From the IMG/VR virus record IMGVR_UViG_3300030060_007200: 64,000 nt of DNA; one strand, given 5' to 3'. This document shows positions 9,755-19,324 of the stretch, piece after piece. Below the pieces are notes generated by a model. That model saw only the letters and a program-made list of their open reading frames with translations. It had not been told where the DNA came from and made no database searches. The position numbers were made by a program, and so were the translations under genes. The DNA comes from a virus. Every line of letters begins with the position of its first letter. The first letter of the stretch is position 1.

Positions 9755-10387
9755 TTATTTGCTCCTTGTTGGTAATGAACATTTGCATGCCAAATCGCAT
9801 AGCATTTCATTTATTATATTATTTACCTTGTCGTATTTATTTATATAAATATCATTGACAGATTCGTTTATTGGTCTCATGAACGCTCCATGCGTAGAAG
9901 GATTTGATACAAAATCCCAACAAACTAATTCAAAATCAGATTGAACTTCCATTGTACCATCCTCTGATAATTGCTTGACAGAACCAAGACCTCTTGAAGA
10001 TATACCAAGCTTAACTCCTGATTTTAATAATTCTTTAAGTATGTTTCCAGCTGGTGTACCTAGTACCTCTACAGTACCCATTACATCGTCACCTTTCCAC
10101 CACACCTTCTTTATATTATGAGATACATTTTGAAGATTAACAACAGACGATTCCGGATGGTCTAGTTCGCCAAGAGCACGATTTTCTGCTATCTGCACTT
10201 GTGAGTATTGTTTAACTTCTCTCATTAAAATTTCTTTTGGATATACTCGACCGTTTTGATTTTTTGCTCCAGCTCTTTGTAGTATACCTGTTACAATTAC
10301 ACGGCCATTATTTTGTTGTTCAGACTCAACTATCATTTGTGGAGAAATATCAAATGTTGTATAGTCTATTAGTACTTGTTTTGACAT
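9755..10387 (-). CDS. Prohead protease (gp21-like)
   Basis: NQNGRVYP, ALGELDHP, GISSRGLGS and WDFVSNPS motifs. Confidence 0.95.
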   Translation of the reverse strand: MSKQVLIDYTTFDISPQMIVESEQQNNGRVIVTGILQRAGAKNQNGRVYPKEILMREVKQYSQVQIAENRALGELDHPESSVVNLQNVSHNIKKVWWKGDDVMGTVEVLGTPAGNILKELLKSGVKLGISSRGLGSVKQLSEDGTMEVQSDFELVCWDFVSNPSTHGAFMRPINESVNDIYINKYDKVNNIINEMLCDLACKCSLPTRSK

Positions 10388-10851
10388 TAGAAGCTCCTTA
10401 ATTTTTCAGACAATCTTTCCATCTTTGCAGAGATTTTTTCTAGATTTTCTCTTGTAGACTTCCAGTATTTCGTTTCGTCTATACCTGTTTCTGTTTTTAA
10501 TTTTATATTTTGACCAATTATTCTTTCAATTCTAAACAGCTTGCTATTAACTTCTTTTATAGCTCTATTTACTTTTTGTTTTGCAGTTGCTGATTCGTCT
10601 TTTTTATAATCATTGTAATTTACTTCGTTCATCAATGTAAGCTTGGCCATTTTCATAAAAGTAGATTCTTCTACAACCTTATATCCCATAAGACCTTTTT
10701 CTAAATCTTTCTTTTTCTTTTTACCAAAAGCATACTTTGTATTATATTCACCACCTGCGTCAACTGTAGTGTTTGCTTCGTCTAATTCTTCTTCTTCGAT
10801 TTTCTTAAAATCAGCCTCAAACATTTTATCTAATTTTTTATTTAACGACAT
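10387..10851 (-). CDS. Head-cluster hypothetical protein
   Basis: Start MSLNKK with AAGGAG at 10859-10864; coiled-coil C-terminus. Confidence 0.7.
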   Translation of the reverse strand: MSLNKKLDKMFEADFKKIEEEELDEANTTVDAGGEYNTKYAFGKKKKKDLEKGLMGYKVVEESTFMKMAKLTLMNEVNYNDYKKDESATAKQKVNRAIKEVNSKLFRIERIIGQNIKLKTETGIDETKYWKSTRENLEKISAKMERLSEKLRSF

Positions 10852-11683
10852 TGTTAATCTCCTTAACCAAATCATATGCACGTAATACAGATATCATATG
10901 TTTATCCTTTACCTTTGGTTCTTTTTTAATTAACTGTAATTGTTCTGCTACTTCATTTAATTTTATAGCCACAATACTATCGTCAACTTTTTTTGATAGC
11001 AATTTTATTCCTGCTGATGTTTTTTTAATTTCAGCGTGTATATATTTTTTAAGCTTTTCAGTATTAGAGATATTGTTAATATATTCTCTTAATAAAGTTT
11101 TTTGGCCTGATGTTAGATTGCCGTATTTTTCATTAAATTTTTCAATCATTATTTTATATGAAAGTGTTCTAACATCTTTATCTTGTTTAGAATACATATT
11201 GTATGTTTCATCTATTCTACTGATTTTTTGTTTTTTATTCATTACAGTTTCAACAAGATTAAATCTAAATCTTATAGACTGAGAAGGGGTAACCTTATTT
11301 TCAAATAAGCAATATATAGATGCGTTTTCAGAATAACTCTCTACTTTTGTTTTGAAAAAGTTTTCAAAATTATATTGCTTTTTTATTTCTTTAATAAGGT
11401 TGTACTTTTGTTTTCTTAATTCTGTTGCAGAAAGCTTTTTTCTTTCTTTTAAGACAGCTGTAATAAAAGCGTCTGCCTTTCTTTCTGTATTAAATTTTTC
11501 TTTAAGAAGTGTTTGATATAGCATGAGTTCTTTTTTAAGAGTTGTATTTTTCTTAAAAAATTCCTTAATGATTCCTATTGCCGGAGACTTACTGACACCG
11601 TTAATTGTATCGTTTGTTATCTGTCTTACCAATAACTCGAATAATATTCCAGTATTCTTGTATTTTGAGTGTTTTGCTTTCAT
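10838..11683 (-). CDS. Head-cluster hypothetical protein
   Basis: 281 aa, basic, KHSKYKNTGILFELL start; between portal and protease. Confidence 0.75.
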   Translation of the reverse strand: MKAKHSKYKNTGILFELLVRQITNDTINGVSKSPAIGIIKEFFKKNTTLKKELMLYQTLLKEKFNTERKADAFITAVLKERKKLSATELRKQKYNLIKEIKKQYNFENFFKTKVESYSENASIYCLFENKVTPSQSIRFRFNLVETVMNKKQKISRIDETYNMYSKQDKDVRTLSYKIMIEKFNEKYGNLTSGQKTLLREYINNISNTEKLKKYIHAEIKKTSAGIKLLSKKVDDSIVAIKLNEVAEQLQLIKKEPKVKDKHMISVLRAYDLVKEINNVVK

Positions 11684-11738
11684 TTATTTTCTTTCCCGCA
11701 TATATCTTTATATATTATATAAATATATCTAAACTCAG

Positions 11739-13571
11739 TTATATATCGTCTTCCATGATATTGCTTTCGTTTAATAAGTTAGATTTTTTATTAGGTTTGT
11801 TTTTGCCAAATAAACTCATAATTCTTCTCGATTCGAATCGTCTTTGAGATTTATTATTTTTTAATTTAGTATCTCTAAACCTCTCCTCTTTACCTACAGT
11901 GTCTCTACCTCTAGCAGAATCCTGAGTTCCGTATTTTGTTGCCTCCTCTGGTCTTCCTTGACCTGGTTCGTTTGTAGGTTCATCACCTTGAGGTTCTTCA
12001 AATCCTCCACCAAATAAACCTGTTGATTGTCCATCTGTATTTTCAGGGTCAAGTGTTGCTAATGTATGTGGAGTACCTAAAGCCTCACCAGATGTTTGTG
12101 GGTCGTTACCTTCCATCTCGATCTGTGATTTTCTAAATTTCTGTTTAATATCAGTTATAACACCTTTTCTTTCACTTTCAATTTCATCATCTGACATGTT
12201 AAATACATTTTTATATATCCAGTCCTCTGATATCATTGCTCCATCTTTAATTGTAGATGCTAGGTCTAATTTACTTGACCACAACTCCATTTTCTCTTGC
12301 TCTGCAATTGATGATGGATTTGTAAGTATAAGTTCAAACTCTACCATATCCTCTTCTGTAAATCCTTGAGAGTATAAATGTACCATTGCAATTTTTGTAA
12401 GTTCTGAAATAAAAATTCTTTGTATTCTTTCTATTGTTCTTGCAAATCTAACATCTTGTGCAGCAAGAGTTGCCTTTCCTTCAACCCCTTCTTCATATCC
12501 TACAAATGCCTTTGGAATTTTAAGTGCAGCAAACATTCTAGCCTTTAGATAATCAACGTCATCAATACCACCAAACTCCATTCCGCTTAATGTATCTATT
12601 TCAGTTCCACTTTGTCCACCTCTTACAGGAAGGTAAACATCTTCAAGCATATTAGACATATTAAACTTAAGATTGTACTGCCCTGTTTTTTCATCGATAT
12701 GAGGTGTCTTTTTCATTTGGTTTATTACACGCTGCATGTATGTATCAACCTCAGCAGGTGGAATATTACCAATGTCTATTTTGTATACTCTTTTTTCTGG
12801 AGCACGCATTATTCTGTGAATCAACATTGCATCTTCCATAAGAGTTAATTGTTTCCAAACCTTTCTTGCAGGTTCTATCATTGCCTTTCCATAAGGGAGG
12901 AAGTTCATGTCATTCAACATTCTAAAATGAGCAACCTCATAGTTTTCATATCTTGTCTGCATTCCTTGTTTTGTATTTCCCATCTGGCCTCCCATAGATG
13001 GGTCATGTGTAAATGATACCATATCAGGATTGTTAGGGTCGTGACCTTCTTCTCTAAACATTTCGTATGAAGACATAGGCATTGCGTTTGTTATACCTAC
13101 CTTTTCTGTTATATCTAATTTTAGATAAAAGTCTCCATATTTACACATATTACGAACCCAAGGCCAAGCATTGAATTCTATATTAAGTACATCATAAAAT
13201 AAATTGTGTAATACCTTTTGTACTTTTTCATTATCTGTTTTTATTTCAAGTACATTTCCAAACTCATTTTTAAGAGTTGATTCGTCAGAGTATATATCTA
13301 ATGCAGATGATATTATAGAATCTTCGTCCATAATTTCATAATCAGAATATAACTGAAGTCTTAGTGTATGAAAATTAACCTGCTGATTATATCCATAAGA
13401 ATTTGTTTGATAAATCCTATTATATCTATCGATTAGTCTATTTGTCGCAAGTTTTGTATTTGCTTGTATTTTACTTAGGTCTGCAACCTTAAGTCCGCTA
13501 TCTGTTCTCCTAACAATTGTACCTGTTGAAAATAGTGTTTTTAGTCTTCCAAAAAATGTTTTGTCTGCCAT
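11739..13571 (-). CDS. Portal protein (gp20-like)
   Basis: LMEDAMLIHRIMRAPEKRVYKIDIGNIP, MLEDVYLPVRGG and ALKIPK motifs. Confidence 0.97.
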   Translation of the reverse strand: MADKTFFGRLKTLFSTGTIVRRTDSGLKVADLSKIQANTKLATNRLIDRYNRIYQTNSYGYNQQVNFHTLRLQLYSDYEIMDEDSIISSALDIYSDESTLKNEFGNVLEIKTDNEKVQKVLHNLFYDVLNIEFNAWPWVRNMCKYGDFYLKLDITEKVGITNAMPMSSYEMFREEGHDPNNPDMVSFTHDPSMGGQMGNTKQGMQTRYENYEVAHFRMLNDMNFLPYGKAMIEPARKVWKQLTLMEDAMLIHRIMRAPEKRVYKIDIGNIPPAEVDTYMQRVINQMKKTPHIDEKTGQYNLKFNMSNMLEDVYLPVRGGQSGTEIDTLSGMEFGGIDDVDYLKARMFAALKIPKAFVGYEEGVEGKATLAAQDVRFARTIERIQRIFISELTKIAMVHLYSQGFTEEDMVEFELILTNPSSIAEQEKMELWSSKLDLASTIKDGAMISEDWIYKNVFNMSDDEIESERKGVITDIKQKFRKSQIEMEGNDPQTSGEALGTPHTLATLDPENTDGQSTGLFGGGFEEPQGDEPTNEPGQGRPEEATKYGTQDSARGRDTVGKEERFRDTKLKNNKSQRRFESRRIMSLFGKNKPNKKSNLLNESNIMEDDI

Positions 13572-13587
13572 CTGTTTTTTACTCCGT

Positions 13588-15165
13588 TTACAATAGCCAG
13601 GTTAGGTCTTCTTCGTCGCCTTTAATCTTCTGCTTCCAAGGGTCCTGTCCGGAAAATCCGTTTGTTGTGTAGGCACCTTTGGTATTAACTATATTATTTA
13701 TTGCGTTTTTGTTCATGCTCAATCCTTCAGTGTGTAAACGAATTGCGTTGTCACGGACAAATAATGCAATAGAGAACGCCATTGTTAAATCATCGTTATA
13801 GCCTCTTTGAGCTTCAGCTCTGTGGCCATTCCATATAAAAACAAATAGTTCATCTATCAGTCTTTTTGATTTGACAATGCACGCTTTTTCCCTAAAATAA
13901 ATATCTAGCTTCGATATCAAAAGAGGTCTAGTTCGTGTTGAAGTAGTAAAACCTGGGGTCATGTTTTCTCTGTTTTTTAAGTCATAACCTTTTGATAATT
14001 GTGTGGCTGCATCATGAACTCCTTCATGTTTGTATGTATAATAAAGATTTCTATAACCTCTATCTATAGCAGGTTGAAGAGCAGCCCAACCTATATTTGC
14101 GTTTTCAACAACCAATAAAGCTTCGTTGTATTCTGTTGCAATATTAACCAATAGATTTCCAAAATCCTTTGTACCTATTTGGTTTTTATATTCAGCAACC
14201 TGTTCCATAGTTTCTATTTCAATTACATGAAATGTCGAATAATCACTACCATCACCTCTAGCAACGTCAGCGACTACCATATATCCTTTTGTATAATCTG
14301 CATAAGACCAAATCCAAAGCTCTTCCTCTGCACCTCTTTTTTCTATAGGCTCACATATCATATTTTCTTGATACCATGTTAAGAGCTCTCCTGATACTAC
14401 TGAATTACCTGATGTAATAAAATCACAGTCACATTCCTGAGCTGCCATTTTAGGACCTAATAACTCATCTTGTGTATCTCTCCATTCCTGGTCTCTTTCT
14501 GGATGTAGTGTCCAGTGAAGTCTTATAGGATTAAATTGTCCTTCACCTCTTTCAGCCTCAGTCCATATTTTGTGAAATAAATTACCTGTACCATTTGGTG
14601 TTGATAATAATATTGCAGAACCACCTGTTGCAAGCGTTTGCTGTGCCGATGTCCATATTTCTGTAACCTTGTCTATAAATGCTGCTTCATCAATTACAAG
14701 TAGAGATAGCGCTTCAGAACGAGCAGCGTCAGGTGCAGATGAAACTGCCTTTATTTGTGAACCGTTTTTGAACCTTAGCGAAAGCCTGTTATCTTCCTCT
14801 GAACCTACCTTTAACCAGGAAGGCAAAAACTCGTGCATTACTCTAACTTTTGTAATTAAATTTTTTGCAGTATCTTGTTTAATTGCAATTACCAATACAT
14901 TAAAGTCTTCTCTAAATATCATATTCCAAACAGCATACCCTGCAGTAAGTGTTGATATACCCATCTGTCTAGATTTCAATATTACATTAAATCTATTTTC
15001 CTTTAATTGTATAAGAGAATCTTCTTGAAAAGGAAACAGGTCAAATTTAATCTTACCTTTTTGAGGATGCTGTATAAAACAATACTTTCTCATAAAGTAT
15101 ACAGGGTTCTGAGAACACTTGATATACTCTTTTACTAAAGCCTCTTTGATTGTATTTTTAGCCAT
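13588..15165 (-). CDS. Terminase large subunit (gp17-like)
   Basis: KSRQMGIS Walker A, IDEAAF Walker B, STPNG, DVARGDGSDYS nuclease motif, DDL. Confidence 0.97.
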   Translation of the reverse strand: MAKNTIKEALVKEYIKCSQNPVYFMRKYCFIQHPQKGKIKFDLFPFQEDSLIQLKENRFNVILKSRQMGISTLTAGYAVWNMIFREDFNVLVIAIKQDTAKNLITKVRVMHEFLPSWLKVGSEEDNRLSLRFKNGSQIKAVSSAPDAARSEALSLLVIDEAAFIDKVTEIWTSAQQTLATGGSAILLSTPNGTGNLFHKIWTEAERGEGQFNPIRLHWTLHPERDQEWRDTQDELLGPKMAAQECDCDFITSGNSVVSGELLTWYQENMICEPIEKRGAEEELWIWSYADYTKGYMVVADVARGDGSDYSTFHVIEIETMEQVAEYKNQIGTKDFGNLLVNIATEYNEALLVVENANIGWAALQPAIDRGYRNLYYTYKHEGVHDAATQLSKGYDLKNRENMTPGFTTSTRTRPLLISKLDIYFREKACIVKSKRLIDELFVFIWNGHRAEAQRGYNDDLTMAFSIALFVRDNAIRLHTEGLSMNKNAINNIVNTKGAYTTNGFSGQDPWKQKIKGDEEDLTWLL

Positions 15166-15199
15166 CTATATATAAATATATATGTATATAAAAGTTATA

Positions 15200-15589
15200 C
15201 TATTTTTTTTGGCGTTTTTCAAAAGAACGGCCACCAAAATAAGCACCTATAACTGTAATTAAAACTAGTTGTAAAAGGTCGGTCCATTTTTGCTCTACTT
15301 CAAAGGCAATTGTTCCTGCATCAATAAAAATCATAAGAACTGTACACACAACCAAGAATATAAGAACAAGAGGTCTTACATTTTTACTTAACCAAGAATC
15401 AGAATTCATATCAGCTTTCCAACGGTCAGTAATATTTTTTTCCATCTCTATTTCATATTGTGCAATAAGCTCCTTAACCTTTTGCTCTGCAGCTAGTTTT
15501 TCTTCTTTGGATGTATGTAAACCATCTATAACACCACCTACACTTTTTACGAGGTCAGCAGCGCCGCCTCCAAATAATTTATCTAACAT
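15200..15589 (-). CDS. Putative holin (3TM / GTA-holin-like)
   Basis: SKEEK...DMNSDSWLSKNVRP followed by two hydrophobic helices and YFGGRSFEK. Confidence 0.7.
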   Translation of the reverse strand: MLDKLFGGGAADLVKSVGGVIDGLHTSKEEKLAAEQKVKELIAQYEIEMEKNITDRWKADMNSDSWLSKNVRPLVLIFLVVCTVLMIFIDAGTIAFEVEQKWTDLLQLVLITVIGAYFGGRSFEKRQKK

Positions 15590-16173
15590 TATTTTTCTCC
15601 ATTTAATAGTTTCTCTGTCAATTCCTTTTCAGAATCAATCCATTCGTTGAAACGTCTTTTTATATCTTTTTTTGTATTTTCTGTTAACTTAGACCAGCTT
15701 TCAACCTCACCTGATTCGGTAATGTAGTGGTTAGAATCTATTGTGTTAAACCACTCGTTAAATCTTCTTTCTTGTTTTGTTGTCCAAGATTCAAAATTAT
15801 TTCTAACCTCTTTTTCAAACCACTCTTTATATTTGCCTTTTGCGTAAAGGTCATGTTCGAATTTAGTTTGACAATGTAAACAATGGCCATATAATCTGTA
15901 CATTTTTTTATGAGCAGGGTTTTTCATTGAGGTATCGCATTTAGGACATGACAAAGGTATTTTAAGAGTTTTTCTTGCCTCACCAAGCTTTGTCTTATTT
16001 TGACGTATTCCGTTTTTTATTGTCCACGTCTTGCCATCTTCCTCCCATACATCGCCTTCATTTCGCTTTTTATTATACTTTCTGTAACCAGAACTCGCTT
16101 TTGTCTTTGCACCATAATCTCCTGATACAATGTTTCTCATTCTCTGGATTTTGTCTTTGCTTAATTGTTTCAT
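15589..16173 (-). CDS. Hypothetical protein with a CxxC...CxxC zinc ribbon
   Basis: CPKC and CLHC; EGDVWEEDGKTWTIKNG motif. Confidence 0.75.
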   Translation of the reverse strand: MKQLSKDKIQRMRNIVSGDYGAKTKASSGYRKYNKKRNEGDVWEEDGKTWTIKNGIRQNKTKLGEARKTLKIPLSCPKCDTSMKNPAHKKMYRLYGHCLHCQTKFEHDLYAKGKYKEWFEKEVRNNFESWTTKQERRFNEWFNTIDSNHYITESGEVESWSKLTENTKKDIKRRFNEWIDSEKELTEKLLNGEK

Positions 16174-16179
16174 AATAAC

Positions 16180-18453
16180 CTAAAAATATATCATACCGGT
16201 AATTTGGTTTATTGGTGCAAATGCTCCAGTTAGCTTGTATGTTTTTCCTTTATATACAAATACTAAACCTTCACTTGGCACAATAGAATTCATACCACCG
16301 ATAGAGTTTAATTTATTTAATTGTTGTGTTAACCTATTTATTTTTTTAATATCGCCGCCTTTTTTAACAACTGATATAGATTGCTGAACTTGTTTTCTTA
16401 TATTTTGTACTGCCTTATCTGGATTTGCTGCCAAGAATCCATCGACATTTTTTAATACCTCTGCACCTAATTCGAAAAATAACAATTCAAATGGTAACAT
16501 GTTTTTCTTTACTTGGTCAGCATGGTTTATTTTGTCAAACTCTTTTGCTTTTTCTAATACTTTTGCATCAGTAATATTTTTCGCATTAAGTCTAAATGAT
16601 TTATCAAAAAATGCCCATCGTTTTACTAACCCCATTTTTATAGTATTATCAATGCCTTTGAATTTTTTATCTACAAAATCTGACCACCAAGCTTGATGAT
16701 ATTCACCAAATGTGTTAGAGTCAGACATATTAAATTTTTTCATTAGACCATTTAGCTTTCCTAAAAAATAAGGTTTTTTTGCAGAATAGTCTTGGTGTTT
16801 TTTAACTTTAAGAAATTGCGGTCCTATTATAGAAAAATTCTTTTGTACATTTTGATTTACCTGAGTTATCATACCTGCAAGCATTCTAGCACCGCCAGAA
16901 ACAGCACCTATAGGTTTACCTTCTTTATATTGTAATACATTATGAAATTGAAGATGTGGTGCGTCATAGTTAATTACATTAGACGATGCAGGGTACATTA
17001 TTTCCATATTAACCCAATTGTTACCATCGTCAAAAACTTTTTTCAATTGCTTGTCGCTTAGAGATTTTATAGCTTTTGTTAAATCACCCATAGCATAATT
17101 AAATGCCTTTTCTATATTACCTCTACCTGAAAACTTTTTTGCTATTGCTTTAGAATCTACACCACCTCGCTTTATATCACCTGCATTTCTTGCTGCTAAT
17201 AATTTATTGTTCCATGTAATAAATAAATTTTGTCCATCTGTTTTTTCAGTTGCCTTTTCATCTATATCTAACTTACCTTGTAATGCTACATCTATTATTT
17301 GTCGAAAATCTCCGAATGTCAAACCTTTGTCATCGAATGGATGAGACATGTGTCCGTATGCGCCGCCTTCTAATAAAAGTCCTTCTGCAAGACTTCCTGG
17401 CTTTTCCATTTTTATAGGTTCATCTTCATTTGAATCTCTAGATATCTCTGCTCCTAAAAAGTTTACAAACTCATATCCAACTCTTGTCGCTATATACTTA
17501 GACCATTTAGCCCAACGGTCATATGCAACACGTCCTTTTTTATCAGCCAATACATTTGTACCTGCTAAAGAACCTGGCAAACCTACTGGCCAATATGATA
17601 CTGCACCTGTAGGTCCTTTTGGAAATTTTGTATCGTGAACAAAAAACTCTTCGTCACCTGAAATATAATTAAGTACCTCCATACCCAAACTTGCAGCCGA
17701 TCGCTTACCGAAAGCTTTCCATGACGCCTGATTTCCCCAATAACCTCTAGGTCCATCATCGACAGGATTTACCACAGATGTTTCTCCTGCGTTTGTATTT
17801 TCTTTAATAAATTTACTTATATCAAAATAACTACAAAAACCTTCCATCACTTCGTTAAGCTTCTCTAATTTATTTACAATTAAATTATAATTTTTTGTAT
17901 GTCCAAATATACCTTTGAATATTTTTAATTTATCTTTCTTTTCTAATGATTTGTCGCCTAATGCATTTCTTATTGCAGTACCACTCATCTCTCCATATCC
18001 TGGTACATTAAGACTGACATGAGGAGCTATTATCGTATAAGCGCCTTCTCTATACCCTACCTCTGCTTTACCTTTCCAAGGGCGGAAAAATTTACCACCT
18101 AATCTTTGTGCGTCTTTTTTACCTACCATAAATACTGCAGCGGTTGTTTCAGGGTCGTACTTCTTTAATATTTCTTCTGCCTTATATGGATTTTTAACCT
18201 GTACAACATTAGATATTCCATGTGAATTTATTATCTTCTTTTTTTCATTAAAACTAAAAGGTGATTTTGGCAAGGCTACTTTACCTGAAGTTGCAACATA
18301 GGCAACATCAAATCCTCTACCTGCCAACCATTGGTATGTCTTTGCGTGATGAGCACCCATAGGTTGAAAGCGTCCAGGATAAATTGCAACAATAACTTTT
18401 ATCTTAGAATCTTGTTCTACTATTTGATTAGCCAACCATTTACCTAAACTCAT
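16180..18453 (-). CDS. Multidomain protein: HIGH-class cytidylyltransferase-like domain plus C-terminal RNA-ligase-like nucleotidyltransferase
   Basis: N-terminal YPGRFQPMGAHH and MSGTAIR; C-terminal TEKTDG (motif I), EGLVF (IV) and YKLTG (V). Confidence 0.7.
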   Translation of the reverse strand: MSLGKWLANQIVEQDSKIKVIVAIYPGRFQPMGAHHAKTYQWLAGRGFDVAYVATSGKVALPKSPFSFNEKKKIINSHGISNVVQVKNPYKAEEILKKYDPETTAAVFMVGKKDAQRLGGKFFRPWKGKAEVGYREGAYTIIAPHVSLNVPGYGEMSGTAIRNALGDKSLEKKDKLKIFKGIFGHTKNYNLIVNKLEKLNEVMEGFCSYFDISKFIKENTNAGETSVVNPVDDGPRGYWGNQASWKAFGKRSAASLGMEVLNYISGDEEFFVHDTKFPKGPTGAVSYWPVGLPGSLAGTNVLADKKGRVAYDRWAKWSKYIATRVGYEFVNFLGAEISRDSNEDEPIKMEKPGSLAEGLLLEGGAYGHMSHPFDDKGLTFGDFRQIIDVALQGKLDIDEKATEKTDGQNLFITWNNKLLAARNAGDIKRGGVDSKAIAKKFSGRGNIEKAFNYAMGDLTKAIKSLSDKQLKKVFDDGNNWVNMEIMYPASSNVINYDAPHLQFHNVLQYKEGKPIGAVSGGARMLAGMITQVNQNVQKNFSIIGPQFLKVKKHQDYSAKKPYFLGKLNGLMKKFNMSDSNTFGEYHQAWWSDFVDKKFKGIDNTIKMGLVKRWAFFDKSFRLNAKNITDAKVLEKAKEFDKINHADQVKKNMLPFELLFFELGAEVLKNVDGFLAANPDKAVQNIRKQVQQSISVVKKGGDIKKINRLTQQLNKLNSIGGMNSIVPSEGLVFVYKGKTYKLTGAFAPINQITGMIYF

Positions 18454-19151
18454 TTCTTTCTCAGCTCCAATTCTTTTTTAATCCACTGTTTTGCTATGTG
18501 ATTTTGTACAGGTCGTTTAACAAATTCTCTTGCACCGCTTTTAATTATTTTAGGAAAGTCTTTATACTCACTGTTATCAACAACAAGCATGTTGCTACTT
18601 CCAAACAAACCTTGAAATTTACCTAAATTATTTTGTACAGCCTTCCAAGATTTTTTTACTAATTCTGTAGGCAGTTTTCTATCTCTCTTAAAATTTCTTT
18701 CAAGTGCAACATCAAGGTCTGTATTTACAAAAATCATAAAACAATCATATCCTACCTCCTGTAGTCGTTTTTTCTGTTTTGCAATTTTTGCATAATCTTT
18801 TCCTGTTCCATCAATCAGCATACCAAGTCTTCCATTGATATAATTTTTTAATGCAGCGTCTCTTACCTTTTTACTTTTATCTCTTAACACCATTGCTTGG
18901 TCCATCTCTTCAGGACTTAGTTTAGAAATATCCTGAGACATTCCTGACATTTGTAAATATGTTTCAAAGTATTTGTCACTATTAACAGATTTTAATCCGT
19001 CTGCAGAAACAAAAGGCATTTTCTCTGGCATACCAAATAATGTTGATGCTGCATATGATTTACCACTACCAGGACCTCCTGCTGTAAATATAGCTTTGAA
19101 TATACCTGGGTCATATACACCTTCGTTTAATATGTCGAATAATTTAATCAC
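18450..19151 (-). CDS. P-loop kinase (zeta-toxin / polynucleotide-kinase-like)
   Basis: GGPGSGKS, VNSD, IDGTG and ALERNxxRxR lid. Probable GTG start at 19151 (MIKLFDILNE). Confidence 0.8.
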   Translation of the reverse strand: MIKLFDILNEGVYDPGIFKAIFTAGGPGSGKSYAASTLFGMPEKMPFVSADGLKSVNSDKYFETYLQMSGMSQDISKLSPEEMDQAMVLRDKSKKVRDAALKNYINGRLGMLIDGTGKDYAKIAKQKKRLQEVGYDCFMIFVNTDLDVALERNFKRDRKLPTELVKKSWKAVQNNLGKFQGLFGSSNMLVVDNSEYKDFPKIIKSGAREFVKRPVQNHIAKQWIKKELELRKK

Positions 19152-19320
19152 CTGACAATGCACTCTTTATTGTATTTACCTCTGCTACCAATTCATCTAT
19201 CTTTTCTTTTAGTAGTTTTATTGTTAATGTTTCTGGTAGCTCGTCATTTGCTATATACGACTTTTCAGTATTATGAGTACCATCATCTAATTCTTGTGTC
19301 AATGTTTTTATATCTGCCAT
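19144..19320 (-). CDS. 58-aa coiled-coil protein (below ORF-track cutoff)
   Basis: Manual translation MADIKTLTQELDDGTHN...IKLLKEKIDELVAEVNTIKSALSGD; fills the gap between its neighbours and has GAGG upstream. Confidence 0.75.
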   Translation of the reverse strand: MADIKTLTQELDDGTHNTEKSYIANDELPETLTIKLLKEKIDELVAEVNTIKSALSGD

Positions 19321-19324
19321 ATTA

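Noticed and set aside
18450-19151. Zeta toxin-antitoxin module
   Set aside because: The upstream small ORF resembles a fibre N-terminal module rather than an antitoxin, and the kinase has a head-targeting-like leader.
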